Source of the DNA: a virus
Lineage: Duplodnaviria; Caudoviricetes
Reading direction: 5' to 3' (one strand)
IMG/VR virus record: IMGVR_UViG_3300034022_000969
Location: 1-53,904 of that record
DNA: 53,904 nt
Shown piece by piece: positions 17,360 through 26,991 of the stretch. The position numbers and the translations under genes are program-made. Under the pieces are notes generated by a model. The model was not told the DNA's origin, searched no databases, and saw only the letters and a list, made by a program, of their open reading frames with translations. Within the stretch, counting starts at the first letter, position 1, and each line of letters opens with the position of its first letter.

Positions 17360-18553
17360 ATGATGACCCAATCGACTATCGAACAGCCAATCCATGGCGT
17401 TGAGATCATGGACCTGATCAACCAGAATTGTCCCGACATTGTGCTTCCGGGCGGGCACGTGTGTCAGCGGAATTCGGCGGCAACCATGCAAAGCATCGAC
17501 AATGGTGCGATGTCGGCCACGTTTGCGATCGTGACCCGCACGAAGCAGCCGAATCGGTACGGAAACCAGCTGCAGCTGATGCCGAATGAGTTTGGAAAGG
17601 GGCCCCAGACCCAATACTACAAACAAAACCCAGTGGTGCTGTACGACCATGGGATGAGCGGTTTGACGCTGCCGATCGGGTTGGCCTCGCAGGACGGAAA
17701 GCTTTCGCTCGCATGGTCTGAGGAGAAAGGGATCGGGACGTGCTATTTCTCGAAGCAATCTTGGGCCGAGCCGATCTACGCGGCGGTGGCCGAGGGGTTG
17801 CTGCGGATGGCATCGATCGGATTCGACCCGATCATGGCCATGCGGCTCAGTCAAAAGGGGCCGAAGGAGGTCGCCAACTCTGGCGTGCAGGATATGACGT
17901 GGCTGGGGATGGACTTTGTCGAGTGGGAGTTGCTCGAATGGTCAGTTGTGCCAATCGGAGCGGACCGAGGATCTCTGCGGCAATGTCTCGACCGTGGCAA
18001 AATCCATGACGTGAAGCTACCGCAGTTTTTGCGGAAGTCGTTTGAGCAACACGCTGCTCAACTCGATCGACCTGGGATCGGTATCGACTTTCGACGATTG
18101 CAGATGGCGAGTGTCACCATCGAAGGGCCGACGGACGAAGTGGCCGCGATCGAGGCTGCGGTGTTGCAGGCAAAAGCTGCCATCGTCTGCAAAGCTTGCA
18201 ACGACAGCGGCAAGATTCCCTGTAAAACTTGCGGCATGGCGGGGTGTGGAGATTGTGGCGGGAGCGGCAAAGTTCAGTGTATGACCTGCAAAAAACATAG
18301 CGAAACTTCCGTTGACGTGCAGGGTGAACCCAGTCCAGATATTGCCCCGGACGTGGCGATGTCTTATCCTTCTGCGGCAGACGTGGCTCAGGCGTGCTCA
18401 GCACAATTGATGCAGTCTCAGGTCGATGCGGTCAAGCAGGGTTTGCTTGGCGGGGTAAGTCTAGCGGTGAAAGCGGCGATTGATCCAATTGCAAAAAGCG
18501 TTGCCAGTGTGGCGGCGGAATTTCAACGCATGACGGGAAAAATCAATGATTGA
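17360..18553 (+). CDS. HK97-type prohead protease with DnaJ-like zinc-finger insert
   Basis: YKQNPVVLYDH, LPIG, ASIGF, ELLEWSVVPIGA; CKAC/CKTC/CGDC/CMTC. Confidence 0.88.
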   Translation: MMTQSTIEQPIHGVEIMDLINQNCPDIVLPGGHVCQRNSAATMQSIDNGAMSATFAIVTRTKQPNRYGNQLQLMPNEFGKGPQTQYYKQNPVVLYDHGMSGLTLPIGLASQDGKLSLAWSEEKGIGTCYFSKQSWAEPIYAAVAEGLLRMASIGFDPIMAMRLSQKGPKEVANSGVQDMTWLGMDFVEWELLEWSVVPIGADRGSLRQCLDRGKIHDVKLPQFLRKSFEQHAAQLDRPGIGIDFRRLQMASVTIEGPTDEVAAIEAAVLQAKAAIVCKACNDSGKIPCKTCGMAGCGDCGGSGKVQCMTCKKHSETSVDVQGEPSPDIAPDVAMSYPSAADVAQACSAQLMQSQVDAVKQGLLGGVSLAVKAAIDPIAKSVASVAAEFQRMTGKIND

Positions 18554-18914
18554 GACCGCACCGCGAACAAAGGGTGATCTGACCCGCAAGCGATGTTTGG
18601 ACGGGGTCAAGGGGCTGTTAGCTGCGGTTTCGCGCAAGCTGGTGTTGCTCGAGCAAGATAAGATTTCGAAGACATTAGTCATCGAAATTATCTCCGCGAA
18701 CGGTGTTTTGAGCGCGGTGGAATCGGCTTCGCGATGTGCTGCTCCTCAGTCAATTGTGAACGATCCAGAAGAAGTTCTTGGCCGGATCTTCGATCAACTC
18801 GACGCGTTGGCATTGCCAGACGTTCATAAAACGATCAGAATCGAAATCGTCTCGGTCAAAGGTACATTGAGTGCCGTCGATACCGAGTCAACTCGACACC
18901 GCTGGGACATTTGA
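18546..18914 (+). CDS. Hypothetical protein made of two internal repeats
   Basis: KTLVIEIISANGVLSAVE and KTIRIEIVSVKGTLSAVD. Confidence 0.7.
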   Translation: MIETAPRTKGDLTRKRCLDGVKGLLAAVSRKLVLLEQDKISKTLVIEIISANGVLSAVESASRCAAPQSIVNDPEEVLGRIFDQLDALALPDVHKTIRIEIVSVKGTLSAVDTESTRHRWDI

Positions 18915-18936
18915 CCAGCACTGAGCAAGTGGATTT

Positions 18937-18981
18937 CCAACAGCTCGCAACCCTGACCGGTCGCGAGCTGTTTTTATTTCG
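18937..18981 (+). promoter_or_regulatory. Conserved leader hairpin, copy D (before capsid gene)
   Basis: CCAACAGCTCGCAACCC...GCGAGCTG-TTTTTATTT; the 17-mer is identical at 27050-27066. Confidence 0.6.
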
Positions 18982-19034
18982 AGCTACCCGACAACGGACG
19001 GCTCTTTCAAACACCCGTTTGGGAGACCGTTACC

Positions 19035-20663
19035 ATGCCAAGATTTTTACGTGCTCGATTGATGGAAACTGCCTCGTCTCCGGACGCTTCGGGGGCTGGC
19101 AACGGTGGACCTGTTGCACAGGCAACGCAGGCCGCACAGGCGAAACCAGGGGCAGCGCCAAGCCCGACTGATTTCGCGGCTCAGATCATGCAGGCCATGG
19201 GGCCGCAGATCACCAACATCGTCAATCAGGCAGTGGCACCGATCCAGGCTCAGGCCACGCAACTGGCGGCAGATCTCGCAGCGGCAAGGCAGCCGCAACG
19301 ACAGGCTGCAGCAGTGTTCGGCGGCGGACCCGGCAACGGCGGTGTGATCGTCGGCGAACGTGCCGTCTCGCGCGGCTTCGAGTTCCAGCGAGCGCTCGGT
19401 TATCAGCAGGGGATGGAAGAATTTCAGCCCGAAAACTGCAAAGTGGAACGTGAGTTCTGCCAGGACCTGCGAGCACTCTACCGACAGGCCGGACTGTCGA
19501 TGGACGGGGTTCCCGTCAACGGACGCGAGCCGATGCTGTGCGTGCTCGACACCAACTACATCCCCGACCAGTTCAAAGCGACGCTGGCGCAGAAGTACGG
19601 CAGCCTGCCGCAATTCATGACGCAGTCTTTGGCCGGTGCCGATCCGAACCAGCTGAAGTGGCTGGCAAAAAAGCACCAGCAATTCGCACCGCGAATCAAC
19701 CAGGCATTAAGTCAGTTCGACGATAGCGGAATGGGGATCTTCCTTGAGCCCGGACCGCACGGCGAAATGATTGATTACATTCGCCCGCGTGAAGCCCTGA
19801 CCAAAGCCGGGGTGCGTGACATCGCGCTGCCGCCAAACGGCTATCTGCCTTTCGGCAGCCAGACCGGGACCTCGACCGGGTACTGGGTCGGGGAAGCTGC
19901 GGCGACGACGCAAACGCAGCCAGTCACCGGTCGCAAGGAAATGCGAGCCAAGAAGGCTGCGGCACTGGTCCAGGTTCCGAACGAGCTGTTCAAGTTCGCA
20001 TCCGGCACCACGGAGGCTTTCATTCGTGCTGACGTGGGGGCGATCATCGCGTTGCTCGAAGACAAGGCAGGACTCGAAGGGACGGGGACCTCGACCCAGC
20101 CTCTTGGCGTCCGGAATCTTCCAGGTGTTCTGAAACACACGCGGACGCTGGTCGTCGGGACCAACGGCAATCAGTTTGAGCCACGCACCGCATCGGCCAT
20201 GATCGTCGATGTTCAGGATCGTAACTACGACGTCGACAACGATGGCTGGGCATGGATCATGCGAGCCCCGATGTGGGAAGAAATCTCCACGCGACGTGCC
20301 GTGATGTTTTCGGGTGGTAGCGAAACCGGCCCTTACCTGTTCCCGACTCAGGCTGCCGATCTCTCGAAGGGACTCGGCTACGATACGCTGCGAGGTTACA
20401 ACGTGGTCAAGTCTGGCCAGGTGAGCAACACGATTACCAAAGGCTCGTCTTCGAGTTTGTCGTACGTGGTTGGCGGGATCTGGCGAAACTGTCTGCGGGG
20501 TCGCGTCGGGGTGATTGAGTTTGCCATGGCGACCCAAGGCGATTCGTTGTTTCCGAACTACATCAGTCAGTTGCGTGCGATTGATTTTGTTGATTTCTTG
20601 TTCCGGTACGAGACCTGTTTCAGTATCGCTGATCAGATCGACATGACGCTGCCAAACGGCTGA
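19035..20663 (+). CDS. Major capsid protein (HK97 fold, N-terminal scaffold-like domain)
   Basis: GYWVGE, KKAAALVQVPNELF, EDKAGLEGTGTSTQPLGV, WAWIM, TLRGYNV; 542 aa after the protease. Confidence 0.92.
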   Translation: MPRFLRARLMETASSPDASGAGNGGPVAQATQAAQAKPGAAPSPTDFAAQIMQAMGPQITNIVNQAVAPIQAQATQLAADLAAARQPQRQAAAVFGGGPGNGGVIVGERAVSRGFEFQRALGYQQGMEEFQPENCKVEREFCQDLRALYRQAGLSMDGVPVNGREPMLCVLDTNYIPDQFKATLAQKYGSLPQFMTQSLAGADPNQLKWLAKKHQQFAPRINQALSQFDDSGMGIFLEPGPHGEMIDYIRPREALTKAGVRDIALPPNGYLPFGSQTGTSTGYWVGEAAATTQTQPVTGRKEMRAKKAAALVQVPNELFKFASGTTEAFIRADVGAIIALLEDKAGLEGTGTSTQPLGVRNLPGVLKHTRTLVVGTNGNQFEPRTASAMIVDVQDRNYDVDNDGWAWIMRAPMWEEISTRRAVMFSGGSETGPYLFPTQAADLSKGLGYDTLRGYNVVKSGQVSNTITKGSSSSLSYVVGGIWRNCLRGRVGVIEFAMATQGDSLFPNYISQLRAIDFVDFLFRYETCFSIADQIDMTLPNG

Positions 20664-20682
20664 TCCATGATGTTGTGATGTT

Positions 20683-20718
20683 GGCGAGGTCCAGAAATGG
20701 GCCTCGCCTGATTTTGTT
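20683..20718 (+). terminator. GAAA-capped hairpin after the capsid gene (weak terminator or stabiliser)
   Basis: GGCGAGGTCCA-GAAA-TGGGCCTCGCC then TGATTTTGTT. Confidence 0.6.
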
Positions 20719-20756
20719 CAGATTCATAAATTTCAAACTCCATTAGGAGAAACAAA

Positions 20757-21182
20757 ATGGCATTCGCAACGCTTCACGATCTTCCCAACAACGGATTTTT
20801 GGGAGTCTCTGTTGCTCCCGCAGCGCAAACGGCAACGGTCAACGGCGCAGGGGTCGATTGCACTGTGGTTGATGGGCCAATCAATGCCATAAGTCAGGTT
20901 GGTGCGGCAGCGGGGTCTCCGACCAGTTACACGGTCACGGCCAAGCTGCAGGAGAGTGACACCTCTGGCGGGACTTATACTGACCTCGCAACCCAAAGTT
21001 CGCCGGGGGCGCAAACTGCTGCCGGTGCAGTTGCGATCCGAGGAATTCGCACCAAGAAGTTTGTTCGCGTGGTGCAAACGATCGCATTTGTTTCGGGGAC
21101 GAGTCCCACGATTGCAACGTCTGCCATCGTCATCGGTCAGAATCGAACCTTCGGACTGCAGCCAGGGGCATCCGGGTATTGA
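20757..21182 (+). CDS. Putative capsid decoration protein
   Basis: AGGAG RBS; TATVNGAGVD, KLQESDTSGGTYTD, KFVRVV; follows capsid gene. Confidence 0.7.
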   Translation: MAFATLHDLPNNGFLGVSVAPAAQTATVNGAGVDCTVVDGPINAISQVGAAAGSPTSYTVTAKLQESDTSGGTYTDLATQSSPGAQTAAGAVAIRGIRTKKFVRVVQTIAFVSGTSPTIATSAIVIGQNRTFGLQPGASGY

Positions 21183-21201
21183 TCTCGTGTTTTGCGGTTA
21201 C

Positions 21202-21250
21202 AAGCCGTCCTCGATCGCACTCGCGGCGGTTGGGGACGGTTTTTTTTATT
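21202..21250 (+). terminator. Intrinsic terminator-like hairpin
   Basis: AAGCCGTCC...GGGGACGGTT followed by a T run. Confidence 0.65.
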
Positions 21251-21259
21251 GAGGTTGCC

Positions 21260-21955
21260 ATGTCCGCTGTCACCATCAACGAATTCAAGCTTCACGCGAA
21301 TCTGCCGCTGTCAGTCACGACAGAGGACGCTCGCATTCAGCAGCTGCTGGACGGGGCAGAGGAAGCCATCTGGCAATGGATCGGGCGCGAGCGAGTCCAG
21401 GGCTATCATCCGTTCGAGCAGGTCCAATCGACCGAGTATTACGACGGAAAGCAGCGACAAATGCTCGTGCTGCGTCGAAGACCGACCGTGTCCGTCCAAG
21501 CAGTCTGGGTGGATCGGTCTGGGTATTATGGCCAGAACCCAACCGCGTTTGTGGATCCGCAAACGTCGTGGAATGTTGGGACGCAATGTGCGTTGATGCG
21601 AAACGATGAAAGCGAAGCCAATCCAGGGATCTTGGTTGCGTTCGCGGGAGTCGTTCCGAGTTGGCAGGGGCAGGCCGTGATCTCGCCTGCGTGGCCAGCG
21701 GGGATGGGAAACATCAAGGTGACTTACACGGCGGGCTATTCGTCGTTACCGCTCGATCTGGTCTCGGCAATCTGCAACATCACGGCGGCAATTCGCAAGG
21801 CGGCACCTCGAGGAAATCAGCTCGCATCGGAAACGCTTGGACGCTACACCTACACGCTGATGAGAAGCGGCGGGAAAGCAGGCGGGACCGCAGACGTAAA
21901 CGAGATCGGCATGGCGATCAGCACCCTAGCCCGGTACAAGGAGGTTAACGTCTGA
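21260..21955 (+). CDS. Head-tail connector / adaptor
   Basis: VTINEFKLH, EYYDG, NIKVTYTAGY..LP.DL, SETLGRYTYT. Confidence 0.85.
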   Translation: MSAVTINEFKLHANLPLSVTTEDARIQQLLDGAEEAIWQWIGRERVQGYHPFEQVQSTEYYDGKQRQMLVLRRRPTVSVQAVWVDRSGYYGQNPTAFVDPQTSWNVGTQCALMRNDESEANPGILVAFAGVVPSWQGQAVISPAWPAGMGNIKVTYTAGYSSLPLDLVSAICNITAAIRKAAPRGNQLASETLGRYTYTLMRSGGKAGGTADVNEIGMAISTLARYKEVNV

Positions 21956-22314
21956 TGAGCAGCTACGATTTGATGACGCACACCGCAACGATCCAGCGAG
22001 TGACCCAGACCAATGTTGACGGGGTGATTTTGCCGACGTGGAACGATCTGGCAACGATCCCGTGCCTAGTGCAAGAGAACTCGGGCAAGCTCCAGCTCAA
22101 CGCCGCGGGCCAAGGATTGGTCTACGATGCCGTCGCATACATTCCGGCAGGAACGGATATCAAGCCGCAGGGTTTGCACGATATTAACGATCGAGTCGTG
22201 ATGGTGACACCGACACGCTTGGCAGGGGTGACTTATCTTGTGAAAATCGTAGTCGACGAGTCAGGCGCAGAGGATCACTTGGTGGCTTACCTGATGCGTT
22301 ACCCAGCTCCCTAA
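21955..22314 (+). CDS. Head closure protein
   Basis: LMTHTATIQR, IPCLVQ; position after the adaptor. Confidence 0.75.
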   Translation: MSSYDLMTHTATIQRVTQTNVDGVILPTWNDLATIPCLVQENSGKLQLNAAGQGLVYDAVAYIPAGTDIKPQGLHDINDRVVMVTPTRLAGVTYLVKIVVDESGAEDHLVAYLMRYPAP

Positions 22315-22328
22315 ATCACGAGGTTCGA

Positions 22329-22853
22329 ATGATCGACACTATGCCGACGACGGCACAAATCCTGAAGCATCAGCAGCAACTGCCCACTGAAATCCGGCAA
22401 TCAGCGGTGTTGCTGGTGTTTGCTGAATCGGTCAACGCGGCATTGTTGGGAGAGTTTCTGACGATCCGGCTGAACCGCATGCAGCATACGCAATGCGAAG
22501 ACGGTTTTTACCTCGTCAATCGGATCCAGCCGGAACGCATGGGAAGCAAAGCATGCCCCAAGTGTATGCAGATCATGTATCGACAAAGCCTGAACGAGTT
22601 TGTCTGCCGCAACAGTCGTTGCTCATTTTCCGCGACTGGCGGAATTGTTGGCGGTCCTCGGTCGGGAATTCTGGGAGTTCGAGTTGCTGCGGAGTTTGTG
22701 ACGAGGACCGAAACCACAGCCGACGGACGGATCGTTGAGTATGTCGATCGAGCTGTTCTCGTCCTCGATCGACGGTATGAAGACGAGGCCTTGGCCGGGA
22801 TACTCCGGACAGCGCACGCGATCGCAGAGGAACGCGGATGGAAGCTAAAATAA
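22329..22853 (+). CDS. Hypothetical protein with zinc ribbon
   Basis: CPKC...CRNSRC. Confidence 0.6.
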   Translation: MIDTMPTTAQILKHQQQLPTEIRQSAVLLVFAESVNAALLGEFLTIRLNRMQHTQCEDGFYLVNRIQPERMGSKACPKCMQIMYRQSLNEFVCRNSRCSFSATGGIVGGPRSGILGVRVAAEFVTRTETTADGRIVEYVDRAVLVLDRRYEDEALAGILRTAHAIAEERGWKLK

Positions 22854-22865
22854 GGATCGGTGGCC

Positions 22866-23414
22866 ATGGCGGCGGATATCAATATCAAGCTCGATTCGGA
22901 CTTCGCCAAGCAATTGAGTGGATTGGCCGATTTCTTTCGGGCTTGGGACAAGTCGACGGTTGCAAAACTGCAAAAAGCACTGCGACTCATAGGCGTGAGG
23001 TGGCAGGCCGAGGCGGTCAAGCGAGTCCCCGTCGACTCGGGCAACCTCAAGCAGCGAATCTTGTACGAGGTCATACGAGAGGCCGGGGAATGGCTGGTCG
23101 CGGTCGGAACCAATGTCCCCTACGGAAAATACCTCGAATTCGGCACCAAATATATCGCCGGTGGTCGCGTCAAGGCTCTCGGTATGGATGTCGGAATCAC
23201 TGATTCGCAGGCCATCAAGGATTGGCCCGCGAAGACCAGCGGATTGATCACCAGTCAAATCGGGCTGGCACGAATGCGGGCGTCGAAGGGTTTTGTAAAT
23301 GGAAGCCCGAGCGAGCAAATGCCCTGGCTGCGGACATCAATGAACGCGATTCTTGGCTGGGCTGTTGAGCAACTGACGCAAGCCGCGCAACCTCCGAACT
23401 CTAAGGTGGCCTAA
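22866..23414 (+). CDS. HK97 gp10-like neck / tail-completion protein
   Basis: PVDSGNLKQRI, VGTNVPYGKYLEFGT, PWLR. Confidence 0.88.
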   Translation: MAADINIKLDSDFAKQLSGLADFFRAWDKSTVAKLQKALRLIGVRWQAEAVKRVPVDSGNLKQRILYEVIREAGEWLVAVGTNVPYGKYLEFGTKYIAGGRVKALGMDVGITDSQAIKDWPAKTSGLITSQIGLARMRASKGFVNGSPSEQMPWLRTSMNAILGWAVEQLTQAAQPPNSKVA

Positions 23415-23875
23415 TGCCGATCACAAATCAGCCGGATCTTGGCGAACTGTGGAAAGCCCTGCGTACGGCGTGGCTGGCCGATGCCTACGTGGCGAATCTG
23501 TTATCTACGGCGAACGAGGGCGGTTCGATTTACCTAGCGATGCCGCACCGCAAGATCGCGTTTCCATCGCTGGTGATGACTCACATTCAATCGGACTCGC
23601 CATTCGCGGCGACGTATTTAGGAGTGAGCCGCAACATCCTGAAGATTGATTCATTCTCGCTGGACCGTTATTTCGGCGCGAAGATTTTTTCGCAGTTTGA
23701 GTCACGATGGACGATTCCTCACGTGGTTGCGTCCCAATTCAATTCGACAAATTGGAAAATTACGCAGATGTACTGGGAGAACCCTATAGACGTGGGCCGA
23801 CTTCAGGTTGAAAACATCGATCAAGACGTTTGGCAATTCTCCTGCCAATGTCATTGCCGCGTCACGCGGGTTTGA
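23414..23875 (+). CDS. Tail terminator-like protein
   Basis: Position between neck and tail tube; IY...P...FPSLV. Confidence 0.65.
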   Translation: MPITNQPDLGELWKALRTAWLADAYVANLLSTANEGGSIYLAMPHRKIAFPSLVMTHIQSDSPFAATYLGVSRNILKIDSFSLDRYFGAKIFSQFESRWTIPHVVASQFNSTNWKITQMYWENPIDVGRLQVENIDQDVWQFSCQCHCRVTRV

Positions 23876-23939
23876 GCGTTTCCACTTGCTCGTCGCCGTC
23901 GATACGGTAAACTACAGGCCAGAGTCAGGCCACCGTCAC

Positions 23940-23985
23940 CAGCTCGCATCGGACAGATTGTCTTGTGCGGGCTTTTTTCGTTTTT
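23940..23985 (+). promoter_or_regulatory. Conserved leader hairpin, copy E (before tail tube gene)
   Basis: CAGCTCGCA...TGCGGGCT-TTTTTCGTTTTT; upstream TTGCTC...TAAACT. Confidence 0.6.
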
Positions 23986-23996
23986 GGAGTGCGACC

Positions 23997-24509
23997 ATGC
24001 CAAACGCTTATGATGCTTCGAAAGTGCTCCAAGGGCCGGCCGTGTTTAAGTGGAACAACACGGTACTGGGACACACCTCGGGCGGTATTGATTTTGATTT
24101 CAAACCCGCAGTGCGGATGCAGAACGTTGACATCTGGGGAAAGTCCGGTATCAACGCGATTCACCAAGGGGACGAAATCAAAATTAAGGTTCCGTTGGCC
24201 GAATGGACGGCAGCCAGCTTGCAAGAATCGTTTGGCTCTGGGAACGATCAGACGGGGAGCGGGTCGGGTGCCTACATGGGGCTCGGTCGCACCGCAGGGT
24301 ATCGCTACATCCCCGGCGCAGTCTCGATCATTCCAATTCTGACCGCCGACATTGCGAAATACATTCTGTTGCATCGAGCCGTGCCGATCGGGGAAATCAA
24401 GCTGCCATTCATTGCCGACAAGGACAGGATTTTCGAGACCGAATTCACCGGACTGATCGACGAGACCAAAGCCGACGGCGAGCTGATCGGCAAGATTTTC
24501 CTGAACTGA
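23997..24509 (+). CDS. Major tail tube protein
   Basis: LGHTSGG, KIKVPLAE, RIFETEFTG; GGAG RBS; precedes the chaperone. Confidence 0.8.
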   Translation: MPNAYDASKVLQGPAVFKWNNTVLGHTSGGIDFDFKPAVRMQNVDIWGKSGINAIHQGDEIKIKVPLAEWTAASLQESFGSGNDQTGSGSGAYMGLGRTAGYRYIPGAVSIIPILTADIAKYILLHRAVPIGEIKLPFIADKDRIFETEFTGLIDETKADGELIGKIFLN

Positions 24510-24570
24510 GTTGAGTCGTGTGTGAATCGATGAGGCTGAGTTGTGAACCGATCAGACAAATTCGAGGATC

Positions 24571-24930
24571 ATGATGAATACCGCAAACACTCTCGAAAAT
24601 CAGATAGCCGACCAACGCGAACAGCAGTTGATCTTTCTGCGGTCTGCGGCGTCTGAGGCCTTGGAAGCCACGTCGCTGTCGTCATTCATGGAAGCAATGA
24701 ACCGAGTGCTGCGATGTCACGGCGGGAAGCTGCCCGATGCAATTCAGGCGGCGTGGGATCGAGTGTTAATCAAAGATGCAGGCGATTCCAAGACGGTGAG
24801 AAATTGGCTAAAAAACATCGTTGGCATTGCTGACGATCAGAACGAAACGGAACCAGGGGACGGGACGAACCCGACCCCGCAAAGCAACGCAGGGACCAAT
24901 GACGACCACCAAGAAATTGACACTCAGTAA
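24571..24930 (+). CDS. Hypothetical protein
   Basis: GAGG RBS; helical; overlaps the next gene. Confidence 0.6.
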   Translation: MMNTANTLENQIADQREQQLIFLRSAASEALEATSLSSFMEAMNRVLRCHGGKLPDAIQAAWDRVLIKDAGDSKTVRNWLKNIVGIADDQNETEPGDGTNPTPQSNAGTNDDHQEIDTQ

Positions 24931-25486
24931 CGGGAAAGAGTACGAGGTCGGACCACTCACGTGGGGCGGCTTTAAGAAACTCAAAGGCCTGATCGCCAAG
25001 ACCGTCTCCGGACCTGTTCTCCGTGAGACGGTCGATCTCGTTTCGGGCCCCCTCGGTGGGATCGTTGGGGACCTGTTGACGTCCATCGCATCCGCGATCA
25101 AGCCGGGCGATGGAATCCAGGACGCGCAGTCCGCGTTGGCCGAAAACCTGTTGTCGAAGTGGGGAGACGTGCAAACGTTGTCGATGGTTGTCGGCGGTCT
25201 GGACAAACTCAAGACCTCGCTGGCAACAATTCTTGGTGAACTGCTCGAGACTTCGGACGAGTTTACCGAGTTGCTGCTGGGTCACACCGGCAATAACTGG
25301 GATCAGTATCCACTGACCGTGTTGGACGTGATCCAGTTGCGAGACGCGGCTCTGGAAATGAACGACTTGGGAGCGTTGTTCGATTCCGAAAAAAACTGGT
25401 GGGGCCGGGTGATGACGAGCGGCAAGGCGTGTCTTGGTACGCCGACGTTGACATCCCCTGGCACGTCCACTACGAGCACCGACTGA
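24899..25486 (+). CDS. Tail assembly chaperone (gpG-like)
   Basis: Position; contains in-frame slippery heptamer A-AAA-AAC at 25390-25396. Confidence 0.75.
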   Translation: MTTTKKLTLSNGKEYEVGPLTWGGFKKLKGLIAKTVSGPVLRETVDLVSGPLGGIVGDLLTSIASAIKPGDGIQDAQSALAENLLSKWGDVQTLSMVVGGLDKLKTSLATILGELLETSDEFTELLLGHTGNNWDQYPLTVLDVIQLRDAALEMNDLGALFDSEKNWWGRVMTSGKACLGTPTLTSPGTSTTSTD

Positions 25487-25890
25487 GCATCGCGTATCAC
25501 TGGCCGATCAGGGAGATTGAAGCAACCGCAGCGATCGAATGTTTTGGGCACCTGATATTGATTCGCAGGCGCGAGGCTTCGGACAAGCACTTGCAATGTA
25601 TGGCGGGGTCATTTGCCGAGCTAATGCCCGCCGTGCGAAAGGAACTGGTTCAGAAATTCGTGGATGAAATGAATTCTGGGCGGCGTCGACTGTCAGAGTA
25701 CGAGGTGGCGGATCCAGACGCACGAATCACGATGATTGGCACCTCGCTGAGAATCCACGGCGAGCGATGGGCGGCGAAACATCCGAAAGAAATCGGCTGG
25801 CTCGCATCACAGCGGATCAGTCACGAGGAAGCAATCAGGCGGTCTGTGGAGTGGGAAAAACACACCATGGCCGACGAGTTTTGGAAGTGA
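25390..25890 (+). CDS. Tail assembly chaperone gpT segment, reached by -1 frameshift
   Basis: The -1 frame is open from the heptamer (KKLVGPGDDERQ...) to TGA 25890 and has no clear RBS of its own. Confidence 0.75.
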   Translation, partial: KKLVGPGDDERQGVSWYADVDIPWHVHYEHRLSIAYHWPIREIEATAAIECFGHLILIRRREASDKHLQCMAGSFAELMPAVRKELVQKFVDEMNSGRRRLSEYEVADPDARITMIGTSLRIHGERWAAKHPKEIGWLASQRISHEEAIRRSVEWEKHTMADEFWK

Positions 25891-25895
25891 ACCAA

Positions 25896-26285
25896 ATGCC
25901 CAGTTCCAAAGTGACGTTCGCAATCGGCGGCACCAGCTGTCAGGTCGAGGGGCCTGATGGCATGGTCGATGTTGCGGTCCAACCTCAATGGGTGACTGAC
26001 CAAACGTCGGACCTGACACGGATTTCCTACCGGACCACATCGACGGTTCTGACCACTGTCAAACTCAATCTCAACAACATGACCAAGGCCAGCTGGCAGG
26101 CATTGCGGTCCTTCTTTTTTACCACCGCCAAAGGTCCGGAAAACGCGCTGAGTTACACGCACACGGACGGCACGACGTACAGCAACTGCCGGTTCGCCAT
26201 GGGCACGATCGAGCCCAAACGGATGAACAACAACGAGTATTCCGTGGTTCTGACCATGGACGTGCCTGGCTTTTTTGATCCGTGA
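25896..26285 (+). CDS. Distal-tail-like minor tail protein
   Basis: WQALRSFF...AKGPEN..SY...DG...CRF pattern reminiscent of lambda gpM-like proteins. Confidence 0.55.
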   Translation: MPSSKVTFAIGGTSCQVEGPDGMVDVAVQPQWVTDQTSDLTRISYRTTSTVLTTVKLNLNNMTKASWQALRSFFFTTAKGPENALSYTHTDGTTYSNCRFAMGTIEPKRMNNNEYSVVLTMDVPGFFDP

Positions 26286-26330
26286 TCGACTATCATGACA
26301 ACGTCCTTGCTTGGGGACAAAAGAGATTTG

Positions 26331-26374
26331 AAAACGCCACCGGGATTCCGCCCCTGGTGGCGTTTTTTGTTTTC
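26331..26374 (+). terminator. Intrinsic (possibly bidirectional) terminator
   Basis: AAAACGCCACCGGG...CCCTGGTGGCGTTTTTTGTTTT. Confidence 0.75.
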
Positions 26375-26514
26375 TAAGACGCTGATGCCTCTTGTTTCTC
26401 AATCCACCGCTGCAAGCCAGTCACTGGTCCGTCTCTTGACGTGCTGGAAAGGTCCTGTTCATGATGACTGCGCGAAATTCGCGGTTTCAATTCACGAACA
26501 AGGATGAAAGTCAG

Positions 26515-26991
26515 ATGAGCACTAAGTTGCCGAAATGGGCGGAAAAAGTGGCGTGGGCCGGAATTGGTTTGATGGGGCTGATTGCGTTGTCGACATTGTT
26601 TCGACGCGGTGACGAACTGGACGAGATTCGAGCGAAAGGCCAAAAACAGCTCGACAGTATTCACAGGATGGCTGCGGACCAAAAAGCCCGAGACGATCAA
26701 AAACATGCCAAATTGCAGGCCTTGAAAAACGCCGGGCTTGACGATTTTAAATCGTTCTTTCGAGAAGGCTTTGGTGATGCGTATTGGTTTGGGTCCGTCA
26801 AGGAAATTACGCAAAGCAACGGAATTCTTCAGATTTGGACGTCATTATCGGCCAACGATAAAACCGAATTCAGCACAATTGACCATGTTGCAGCAGGATA
26901 CGCTCGAACGGATAGCGGCAAGTGGGTTTCGTCCATCGTCGTCAAAGACAAAGACAACCGAAATCTGACAGAGCATTTCAATATCCGGTGA
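26515..26991 (+). CDS. Single-TM moron-like protein
   Basis: TM VAWAGIGLMGLIALSTLF; lies between a terminator and the tape-measure leader; TTGACG-18-CATGAT upstream. Confidence 0.7.
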   Translation: MSTKLPKWAEKVAWAGIGLMGLIALSTLFRRGDELDEIRAKGQKQLDSIHRMAADQKARDDQKHAKLQALKNAGLDDFKSFFREGFGDAYWFGSVKEITQSNGILQIWTSLSANDKTEFSTIDHVAAGYARTDSGKWVSSIVVKDKDNRNLTEHFNIR

